A stretch of 64,000 bases of DNA, taken from positions 39,600-103,599 of the forward strand of contig DATGGM010000144.1 in assembly GCA_035308525.1 (NCBI GenBank). Reading direction: 5' to 3'. The first letter of the stretch is position 1. Each line of letters opens with the position of its first letter. This DNA is from Bryobacteraceae bacterium. GTDB taxonomy: Bacteria > Acidobacteriota > Terriglobia > Bryobacterales > Bryobacteraceae. Positions 17,324-25,270 of the stretch are shown here, piece after piece. The notes below the pieces were generated by a model. It was not told the DNA's origin. It made no database searches and worked only from the letters and a program-made list of their open reading frames with translations. The position numbers and the translations under genes were made by a program.

Positions 17324-19180
17324 ATGTGCGGCATAGCTGGATTCTTTCTGCGCGAGGACAAGGCCGATCTGGCCACGGTGCGCGCCATGTGCGATCAAAT
17401 CCGGCATCGCGGGCCGGACGACGAAGGCTACCACGTGGACGGCGGCTGCGCCCTCGGCATGCGCCGGCTCAGCATCATCGACCTGAATACCGGCCACCAA
17501 CCCATGACCAATGAGGATGAATCGGTCTGGGTGGTTTTCAACGGTGAAATCTACAATTATCAGGAACTGCGCCGTGACCTGCTGGCGCGCGGCCACCGCT
17601 TCACCACCAATAGCGACACGGAAACCCTCGTCCATCTTTACGAAGAGGAGGGCGTTGACGGGTTGCGGCGTTTGCGCGGCATGTTCGCCTACGCCATCTG
17701 GGATTCCCGGCAGCGGCTCATGTTTCTGGCTCGCGATCGCTTTGGGAAGAAACCTCTTTACTACGCCGTATTGCCGCAAGGCCTGTATTTCTCAAGCGAG
17801 CTGAAGTGTCTTCGCGTCGCGGGTGTGCCGGCGGAAATCGATGCCGAAGCTCTACGGCTCTTTTTTCAGTTCACTTACATTCCCGAGCCGTACAGTTGTT
17901 TTCTGGCCGTGAAAAAGCTTGCTCCGGGTACTTGGCTGACCTACGGCGCCGACGGCAGCGTTCATCATGGCCGCTACTGGCAGTTCCCCGCCCCGGTTTC
18001 CGGAACGCCCGCGGAACTTCCGGATGCGGAGCTATGTACCCGCCTGCGCGGCAAGTTCGATGAATCCGTGCGCATCCGTATGGTCGCGGATGTGCCGCTG
18101 GGCGCGTTTCTGAGCGGTGGTATTGATTCGAGTTCAGTGGTGGCTTCCATGGCGTTGGCATCTCCCGAACCGGTGCGGACCTTCTCCATCGGCTTTGAGG
18201 AGAGCGCCTTCAATGAACTGGAATTTGCCGGTATGGTGGCGCGCCAGTATCATACGGACCATCATGAAATCCTTGTGCGTCCAGACGCGGTGGACCTGGT
18301 TTCCCGGTTGGTTCGCCACTTCGACGAGCCTTTTGGGGACTCTTCCGCCATCCCCACTTTTATTGTTTCTGAATTCGCGGTGCGCCACGTAAAGGTCGCG
18401 CTAAGCGGTGACGGCGGCGATGAATTGTTCGCGGGCTACGATCGTTTTCAGGCGCTCGAACGCCTCCGGAAGTTGGACCGCATTCCGCAGCGGGTTCGCG
18501 CATTCGTCTCTTGGGCTGCTGATCGCCTGCCTTATTCAGCCTATGGCAAGAATTTCCTGCACATGTTGAGCCGCCCCACTGCGCTGGAGCGCTATTTCGA
18601 AAGTAATTTCGCGCCCTGGCTCTTGCGCAAGGAATTGCTCGCTCCCAACTGGATGCTGCCGGCGGACGGGGCGTACCTCACACACGCCATGGCGGCCTTT
18701 TTGCTTCCTGCCGAATCAAACTTGCTCTCGCAAGCCCTGTTCTTCGAGACTACCCAGAACCTGCCTGCGGATATGCTGGTGAAGGTTGACCGGATGTCGA
18801 TGGCGAATTCACTGGAAGTGCGCTGCCCGATGCTCGATCAGCAGTTTGGGGAATTGGCTGCTTCTATTCCGCACGGTTGGAAGATTCGCGGAGGAAAAGG
18901 CAAATACATTCTGTTGCGGGCGCTAGGTGACCGGCTGCCGGCCGCACTGTTGAATCGACCGAAGATGGGCTTCGGTGTGCCGTTGTCCTTATGGTTTCGT
19001 GGAGCCCTTCGTGCCTACCTTTGGGATCATCTCACCAGCAATCGCGCGATGGAACGCGGTATTGTCTCGCCATCGTTTGTGCGGCGTATGCTGTCCGAGC
19101 ACGACTCGGGACGCCGGGACAACTCGCATTGGCTCTGGTCGCTCTTGATGCTCGAATCATGGCTTCAGCAGGTCGTTTAG
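17324..19180 (+). CDS. asnB: Asparagine synthetase (glutamine-hydrolysing) family amidotransferase
   Basis: 618 aa. N-terminal nucleophile MCGIAGFF, Ntn domain RGPDDEG, and PP-loop FLSGGIDSS. Such paralogues are common in EPS loci. Confidence 0.9.
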   Translation: MCGIAGFFLREDKADLATVRAMCDQIRHRGPDDEGYHVDGGCALGMRRLSIIDLNTGHQPMTNEDESVWVVFNGEIYNYQELRRDLLARGHRFTTNSDTETLVHLYEEEGVDGLRRLRGMFAYAIWDSRQRLMFLARDRFGKKPLYYAVLPQGLYFSSELKCLRVAGVPAEIDAEALRLFFQFTYIPEPYSCFLAVKKLAPGTWLTYGADGSVHHGRYWQFPAPVSGTPAELPDAELCTRLRGKFDESVRIRMVADVPLGAFLSGGIDSSSVVASMALASPEPVRTFSIGFEESAFNELEFAGMVARQYHTDHHEILVRPDAVDLVSRLVRHFDEPFGDSSAIPTFIVSEFAVRHVKVALSGDGGDELFAGYDRFQALERLRKLDRIPQRVRAFVSWAADRLPYSAYGKNFLHMLSRPTALERYFESNFAPWLLRKELLAPNWMLPADGAYLTHAMAAFLLPAESNLLSQALFFETTQNLPADMLVKVDRMSMANSLEVRCPMLDQQFGELAASIPHGWKIRGGKGKYILLRALGDRLPAALLNRPKMGFGVPLSLWFRGALRAYLWDHLTSNRAMERGIVSPSFVRRMLSEHDSGRRDNSHWLWSLLMLESWLQQVV

Positions 19181-19390
19181 CCTTATGATTAAACCCACGT
19201 AGATCGGCATTTGACGTGAGGTTGGCCGTAAGCCGAACCGGTGAACCATGTGCACCACCATAAATCGGGTGCCCGCTTCATGAGTCTGCCCGTAACGAAA
19301 GGGTACTTCGTATGTGCTTAATCGTAAATAGCTGCTTTCTTGGGGCGCTGAGACGCTTATAAACTATTGAAAATAAATGGTACTGTTCTG

Positions 19391-19502
19391 TTACGCCCAA
19401 ACACATCCAGCGATCCCGTCTGTTATGAGCAGGTTGCAAGTCGTTTACGCACAGGCACACACGCCTTACGATGAAACCCATGGCGCTTACGCTCAAGCAC
19501 AT
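19391..19502. promoter_or_regulatory. Iteron-like direct repeats (consensus TTACGCnCAAnCACAT) in an AT-richer intergenic region upstream of the RepA-like gene
   Basis: ttacgcccaaacacat at 19391-19406; ttacgcacaggcacac at 19445-19460; ttacgatgaaacccat at 19466-19481; ttacgctcaagcacat at 19487-19502. The last three are spaced exactly 21 bp apart. TTACG half-sites recur at 19551 and at 19782 (overlapping the GTG start). A tandem atggttt-atggttt lies at 19591-19604. Confidence 0.45.
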
Positions 19503-19785
19503 GTCCGGCGCACCCCAAGGTATTCTTGCAAGACGTTGAAAAATATGATTTTACGTCACGCTTCGAACCTGTTTGAAGACCCTATATGGTATGGTTTATG
19601 GTTTGGATAAACTCTTACCAATAAGTATGCTCCCCGCACACCTGGCAGCGGATCATGGATGGTTTGGCGTGTGCTTCACAATAAAGACTATGGAGTCTCA
19701 TGGGCTTCATCGTAAATGTCTAGAACAAGATACCGGACTAATGTTACAAAAACAGAGGATGCACTTCCTGTTCTGAGGCGCTTAC

Positions 19786-21381
19786 GTGACAAAATACAAC
19801 CCGAAACCGGCGTTGGTGAATCTGTCCGTCGAGGAGGAGAACCTGGCGGCTATTCCTTTTGCCGTCCTGGAACGCCGAGTCGGCAAGCGAGTTGGCAAGA
19901 TCGAGATCAAAGGCACCAAAATCCTTCCCAACGGCAGCGAGATGGAAGTTGTCTGGCAGATTCAAGGCAACAATGAGCTGGGCCTGCCAACCGAACAGGA
20001 CCTCGATATCTTTGTGGTTCTGGGCGTGCTCACGTTCCGCAACAACTTTGCCAAGACGGTGACCTTCAGCGGCCGGGAAATTGCCCGGATGTTGAACATC
20101 AGTTCTGTGCATGGCAAGTTCTACCAGCGGCTCAAGCTTGCCATGGACCGGTTCATCCCCTTGCGGTTTCGCGCGCTCACGGCTACCGACCAGCAGGAAG
20201 AGGTCAAATGGAGCAATGTTTTCCAGGAGGCCAGTTTCCTGTTGGATCGCGAGAGCGGCCGTTGTACCGGCAGCATTACGTGGACCGACAAGCTGATTCA
20301 ATCCATCAACAACGGCTTCTTCCGGGTACTCGACGCAGGCCGCTACATGGAGTTGGACGGAATTACGGCCAAGCACTTATATCGCTTCCTGGCGATGGCC
20401 TTCGAGAAGACCGACCTGATTGTGGTGGATGCCCGTAAACTGGCGATGGAGCACGTGGGCATTCTGAACCCGCCGCACTATTTCTCCCGGCTCATGCAGA
20501 CCCTCGAACCGGCATTCGACCAGCTGATTAAGATTCAAGTGCTCGGGTCGTACAACGTGATTTCCGCAGAAGAGTGGCGGATTGCCCTGCATCGCCACCC
20601 TGCCTATGTGCCTGAGCGTAAGAGTCTCATGCTGCAGAGTACAACGTGTCCGGAATTGAGCCGCGCACACTGTCAGAACGTGCTGGAGAAGGCCGGCTTC
20701 TCCTACAGGCCCGCAGCCGCTTGGGCCATGGCGGCCGAAACCCCCGAACAGTTATACGCACTGGAACGCGCGGCGCAACTTGTGCTTGCCATGAAGCAGG
20801 AAGGAGTGCTGCCGCATGTTGCCGCCAGTTACGTATCGCGCGCGCTCGATATGGGCGGGCATACCGGCGAAGGCCAGGAACTGCTGGACTTCTGCGAAAT
20901 GGCGCTGGATCTCTGCCGACAAAAGCAGCAGAGTGGCCAAAGCTTGAAGAACGCCGCCGGACTACTGGTCAAGATAGTGAAAGATCCGGCAGCCCGCCGC
21001 CGCTCCATTGATGAACAGATGGAGAACGCCGCCAAGATGCGCTACCGCCAGCGGGAACGTTCCATTCTGCGGCAGAACCAGGAAGCCGAGGAGCGCACCC
21101 TGATTCTGGAATACGAACAGTTCCGTCAGTCCATGGCGCAGACCGCATTCGAGCAGCTCAGCGATTCCTCCAGGCTGGCGCTTGCCAAGGAGAAGTCCGA
21201 CGTGCTGCGCAGGGAAGGCCGCCTGGAAAGGATTGCCCCGGACGTGCGCGAGCACGAGGTAACCGAACTGATCTTGCAGGATCTCGCCAAAAACGAAGTT
21301 CCCCCTTACAGCCGATGGCTGCTCCGGAAACGCGCGGGGCAGGCCATGCTTCCATTTGCCTCCGAGACCGCCGTCGTCTAA
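19786..21381 (+). CDS. Replication initiator protein A (RepA/RPA)-like protein
   Basis: 531 aa, GTG start. The N-terminal pattern matches the order of conserved blocks in RPA-family plasmid initiators as I remember them: LAAIPFAVLERR...IEI...VVWQIQGNNELGLPTEQDLDIFVVLGVL...TVTFSGREIARML. More A/T at third codon positions than its neighbours. Confidence 0.55.
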   Translation: MTKYNPKPALVNLSVEEENLAAIPFAVLERRVGKRVGKIEIKGTKILPNGSEMEVVWQIQGNNELGLPTEQDLDIFVVLGVLTFRNNFAKTVTFSGREIARMLNISSVHGKFYQRLKLAMDRFIPLRFRALTATDQQEEVKWSNVFQEASFLLDRESGRCTGSITWTDKLIQSINNGFFRVLDAGRYMELDGITAKHLYRFLAMAFEKTDLIVVDARKLAMEHVGILNPPHYFSRLMQTLEPAFDQLIKIQVLGSYNVISAEEWRIALHRHPAYVPERKSLMLQSTTCPELSRAHCQNVLEKAGFSYRPAAAWAMAAETPEQLYALERAAQLVLAMKQEGVLPHVAASYVSRALDMGGHTGEGQELLDFCEMALDLCRQKQQSGQSLKNAAGLLVKIVKDPAARRRSIDEQMENAAKMRYRQRERSILRQNQEAEERTLILEYEQFRQSMAQTAFEQLSDSSRLALAKEKSDVLRREGRLERIAPDVREHEVTELILQDLAKNEVPPYSRWLLRKRAGQAMLPFASETAVV

Positions 21382-21411
21382 TCGCCTGCATACAACACGG
21401 CGTGCGCTACA

Positions 21412-22269
21412 GTGGGGATCATGGGTGTGACCTCGCAGGAAGAGATCACCGCCGGCCGGCGCTTTGCCTTTGGAGAAAACTGGCGGCGATTTCTTTCCGT
21501 TCTTGACGAAAGCCGCATACTCAGTGCGGAAAGCTCCCTGCGCGGCATGCTCGAAGTATCCGATCTTGGAGGCAAGAGCTTCCTGGACGTCGGATGCGGC
21601 AGCGGCCTCTTCAGTCTGGCGGCGCGGCGGTTAGGAGCGCGCGTCCACTCTTTCGACTACGATCCGCAATCCGTAGCCTGCGCGCACGAACTGCGCCGCC
21701 GGTATTTCCCACAGGAAAGGGATTCAGACTGGCATATTGACGAGGCATCGGTGCTTGATCCCGTATATCTCGCCGGCCTCGGGACGTACGACGTAGTGTA
21801 CGCCTGGGGTGTTCTGCATCATACGGGCGCCATGTGGCAGGCTCTCGAAAACGCCGCCGGGCTGGTGGCGCCCGAAGGTAAGTTGTTCCTTGCCATTTAC
21901 AACGATCAGGGAAACATCAGCCATCGCTGGCGCTTCATTAAGCAGACTTACAACCGGCTGCCCACCGGTACGCGCTTCATCGTAAGTCTACCTGTGTTGG
22001 TGCACCTGTACTGGCGGCGCACGCTTAGAGACCTGTTGCGCCTGCGCCCCTTTGAAACCTGGCGCAACGAAGGCCGGCAACGCGGCATGTCCCCCTGGCG
22101 CGACGTTGTCGACTGGGTGGGAGGCTACCCATTCGAAGTGGCCAAGCCCGAAAGCATCGTGGATTTCTATTTGCGCCGCGGCTTTCGTCTCGCGCGCCTG
22201 GTCACCTGCGGGGGCTCGTTGGGCTGCAATGAATTCGTCTTTGTGCGCGCGGACCCGTTTGCCGCGTAG
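21412..22269 (+). CDS. Class I SAM-dependent methyltransferase
   Basis: 285 aa. Motif I FLDVGCGSGLFSLAAARRLGA and post-I/II YDVVYAWGVLHH. Confidence 0.8.
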   Translation: MGIMGVTSQEEITAGRRFAFGENWRRFLSVLDESRILSAESSLRGMLEVSDLGGKSFLDVGCGSGLFSLAARRLGARVHSFDYDPQSVACAHELRRRYFPQERDSDWHIDEASVLDPVYLAGLGTYDVVYAWGVLHHTGAMWQALENAAGLVAPEGKLFLAIYNDQGNISHRWRFIKQTYNRLPTGTRFIVSLPVLVHLYWRRTLRDLLRLRPFETWRNEGRQRGMSPWRDVVDWVGGYPFEVAKPESIVDFYLRRGFRLARLVTCGGSLGCNEFVFVRADPFAA

Positions 22270-22300
22270 GAGCGCGCAATAGTAGAGTAGGTTGTTGGCT

Positions 22301-23347
22301 ATGAAGGCTCTTATCACCGGCTCGGGCGGGTTGATCGGGTCGGAGTGCGTACGTCAGCTTTCCGCTCAGGGCTGGGAAGTGGTCGGGATCGACAACGACA
22401 TGCGCCGGCAGTTCTTCGGCGAACAGGGCACCACGCAGCCGGTTGTTGAGGAGCTTCGCGCCACACTGCCGCGCTACCGGCATTTGCCCATCGACATACG
22501 CGATCGCCAGGCGGTGCGGCAGGTGTTCGAGAGCGAGCGGCCGCAGTTCGTCATTCATACCGCGGCGCAGCCTTCCCATGACAAGGCGGCATCCATACCC
22601 TACGACGATTTCGATGTGAATGCTCTCGGCACCATGAATATGCTGGTGGCTGCCCGCGATTTCTGCCGCGAATCGCCGTTCTGCTTCACCAGCACCAACA
22701 AGGTCTATGGCGACCGGCCGAACTGCCTGCCGCTCGTCGAACTCGAAAAGCGCTACGACTACGCCGGCGGCTTGGACGGCATTGACGAAAGCATGTCGAT
22801 CGACCAGTGCCTGCATTCAGTTTTCGGAGCCTCCAAGGTCGCCGCGGATGTGATGTGCCAGGAATTCGGCCGTTATTTTCAAATGCCGGTGGGCATATTC
22901 CGCGGCGGATGCCTGACCGGGCCGCAGCATGCCGCTGTCGAATTACACGGCTACCTGGCCTACATAGTCCATTGCGCCGCGGCCGGCAAAGAATATACGA
23001 TCAACGGCTACAAAGGCAAGCAGGTACGCGATCAGATCCATAGTTGCGATGTGGCGCATCTGTTTCTGGAGTTCTTTCGTTCCCCGCGCTGCGGCGAAGT
23101 GTACAACCTGGGAGGCGGTCGCAAAAACAGTCTCTCGATTCTCGAGACGGTTGACGCGCTTGCCGCCATGGGCCTGCATCTGCGCTACAGCTACCAGGAT
23201 ACGAACCGGGTGGGCGACCATATCTGCTATATTTCTGACCTGAGCAAACTGCATAGCCATTTTCCGGATTGGAAGATGCAGTACGATCTGCCGCGCATTT
23301 TGGACGAGATCGTGAGCCGGCACACCTGCGGGGTCAGCACGAAATGA
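22301..23347 (+). CDS. NAD-dependent sugar-nucleotide epimerase/dehydratase (extended SDR, CDP-paratose-2-epimerase-like)
   Basis: ATG 22301 (the track's TTG at 22292 adds 3 codons). MKALITGSGGLIGSE Rossmann motif, catalytic region FGASKVAAD (YxxxK equivalent), and YNLGGGRKNSLSILE. Confidence 0.75.
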   Translation: MKALITGSGGLIGSECVRQLSAQGWEVVGIDNDMRRQFFGEQGTTQPVVEELRATLPRYRHLPIDIRDRQAVRQVFESERPQFVIHTAAQPSHDKAASIPYDDFDVNALGTMNMLVAARDFCRESPFCFTSTNKVYGDRPNCLPLVELEKRYDYAGGLDGIDESMSIDQCLHSVFGASKVAADVMCQEFGRYFQMPVGIFRGGCLTGPQHAAVELHGYLAYIVHCAAAGKEYTINGYKGKQVRDQIHSCDVAHLFLEFFRSPRCGEVYNLGGGRKNSLSILETVDALAAMGLHLRYSYQDTNRVGDHICYISDLSKLHSHFPDWKMQYDLPRILDEIVSRHTCGVSTK

Positions 23348-24129
23348 AACTCTCCGTCGTCATCCCGGCGCGCGATGAGGAAGGCTCCATCGAGCAGACC
23401 GTGGCGGAAGTGGCCCAGGCGCTGACCGGAGAGCAAATCCCGTTCGAGATCGTGGTGGTCGATGACGGCAGCTCGGATCAGACAGCTCGCTCTGTCCTCG
23501 AATTCGCGCAGCGCTGCGCGGGCGTCCGGCTGGTGAGCAATAACGGCCCGCACGGGTTTGGTCTGGCGGTGCGTGCCGGACTGGCGCAAGCCGCCGGCGA
23601 GGCCATCGCCGTCATGATGGCGGACGGCTCCGACAGCCCCCGGGACCTCGTGCAGTATTACCGGAAAGTGCAGGCAGGCTACGATTGCGCGTTTGGGTCC
23701 CGGTTCATCCACGGCAGCCGAATCGTGGACTATCCCGTGCACAAACTCGCCATCAACCGCATGGCGAACTGGTTCATCCGGATCTTGTTCGGGCTGCGAT
23801 ACAACGACATCACCAATGCTTTCAAGTGCTATAAACGGTCGGCTATAGACGGCATGCAGCCGCTCATCTCGCCGCATTTCAATCTGACCGTGGAGATGCC
23901 GTTAAAAGCCATCGTGCGCGGCTACACGTACGCGGTAGTGCCGATTTCGTGGACCAATCGCAAATCAGGCATGTCCAAGCTCAAGATCAAGGAGATGGGG
24001 AGCCGGTATCTGTTCATCGTGCTGTATCTGTGGCTGGAACGCCACCTTTCGCGCGGTGACTACTTGCGTCGGCGGGAACAGACCGAAGAGAACGCTGCGG
24101 CGATGTCGAGAAACAGCGCCAGCACCTAG
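23344..24129 (+). CDS. GT2 polyprenyl-phosphate glycosyltransferase (Dpm1/GtrB/ArnC-like)
   Basis: ATG 23344 overlaps the SDR stop (ATGA). MKLSVVIPARDEEGSI, VVVDDGSSDQT, MMADGSDSP (DxD region), NAFKCYKRSAI, and a C-terminal hydrophobic segment YLFIVLYLWL. Confidence 0.8.
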   Translation: MKLSVVIPARDEEGSIEQTVAEVAQALTGEQIPFEIVVVDDGSSDQTARSVLEFAQRCAGVRLVSNNGPHGFGLAVRAGLAQAAGEAIAVMMADGSDSPRDLVQYYRKVQAGYDCAFGSRFIHGSRIVDYPVHKLAINRMANWFIRILFGLRYNDITNAFKCYKRSAIDGMQPLISPHFNLTVEMPLKAIVRGYTYAVVPISWTNRKSGMSKLKIKEMGSRYLFIVLYLWLERHLSRGDYLRRREQTEENAAAMSRNSAST

Positions 24130-24245
24130 CCCAGTTCAGTCGCCGGTATGTGCCCGGGACGAACACCGCGCGGCAGGAAAGAATGCGCTCCAGCAGCGCG
24201 GCCGCAGGGCCGGAAACGTGCGGCTCTCGTTACAGGGAATGCGGG

Positions 24246-25133
24246 TCATCGGCAGGATTCACGTTTTCGCGCCGTGGCCATCAAGCCACTGGCGGATAGC
24301 AACATGTGCCGGTGCGCCAGCCCTTCGGGAACCATCCGCCGCAACAGGCCGAACAGTGGACTCAACAGCGGCACCCGGAACCGGTCAAAGTGGCGACAGA
24401 GGTAGTCGATCGTCAGGATCTTCCGGCTTGGCGCGATACGGATTTCATCAAAGCCGCACTGTTCCAGCAGGCGCCGCATGGAAGCGGGGCTAAAATAGAA
24501 CAGGTGTTCGACTTTATATTCCAGCCAGTGACGGCCCAGGAACCGCCGCGTCCAGCTATCCAGCGACGGCGTCACCAGCAAAACTTCGCCGGCGTTGGCC
24601 AGTAGTTCCCGGATCCGCATCAGGAAACCTATCGGATCGCGCACGTGCTCGATGACGTCTACGGCTACCACCGCGCCGAAATGGCTCGCCGGTAGTAGAA
24701 CAGCCTCCAGCGGGCCGGCCCGTACAGTCTCCGCACCCAGACGCCGGTTGGCGGCCGCCGCGGCGTGCGGCGAAACCTCGACGCCGCAAACCCGAAACCC
24801 GCGCCGCCGGGCTTCGAGCGACAGTTCTCCCTGGCCGCAGCCGATTTCCAGTAAATCCGTATCGCGCGGCGAGACCAGCCTCGACAGCGCGTCGATATAT
24901 AGTGCCCCGCTCGCGCTTTTCATCCGCGCCCGCCGCTCGGCGTCGACGCCATTTTCGTCACCCAGGAAATACCGATCGCCGTAAATGCCGTCCAAAACGG
25001 ACTCGTCCGGCTGCGGGTGCAGGAACTCAAACCTGCATTCGCGGCAAGCCCATAACGCATAGTTCCGAACGGCACGCGCTGAACAGGCTGGCCGTTCGCA
25101 TATCGGACAGCGAGGGGATAGGCTGCTTTGCAA
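24246..25133 (-). CDS. Class I SAM-dependent methyltransferase with N-terminal Cys4 zinc-ribbon
   Basis: 295 aa. CPICE...CRECRF at the N-terminus, motif I LLEIGCGQGELS, and VVAVDVIEHV. Confidence 0.8.
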   Translation of the reverse strand: MQSSLSPRCPICERPACSARAVRNYALWACRECRFEFLHPQPDESVLDGIYGDRYFLGDENGVDAERRARMKSASGALYIDALSRLVSPRDTDLLEIGCGQGELSLEARRRGFRVCGVEVSPHAAAAANRRLGAETVRAGPLEAVLLPASHFGAVVAVDVIEHVRDPIGFLMRIRELLANAGEVLLVTPSLDSWTRRFLGRHWLEYKVEHLFYFSPASMRRLLEQCGFDEIRIAPSRKILTIDYLCRHFDRFRVPLLSPLFGLLRRMVPEGLAHRHMLLSASGLMATARKRESCR

Positions 25134-25270
25134 AGGACTCCAGAGTATCAGGGTTTTAAACGCGCGGCGGCGCGATCGCCCCAGGTACGGATGATTAGTA
25201 CACTTCCGATGAAAACCGTGCCCAAAAGATGCGGGCAGGCGATATACTTCAGTCTTTGGGTCAAACCGTT

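Noticed and set aside
17261-17779. The N-terminal 173 codons of track ORF 16160-17779
   Set aside because: This part is antisense to the well-supported asnB N-terminus and has shadow-frame composition. The GT4 homology begins at the internal ATG at 17260.
19181-21411. Calling the island an integrated mobile element, or calling the whole contig a plasmid
   Set aside because: I could find no integrase, transposase, tRNA target or flanking direct repeats. A single Rep-like gene with iteron-like repeats does not establish replicon type from 64 kb. It is kept as a finding, not annotated as a mobile_element.
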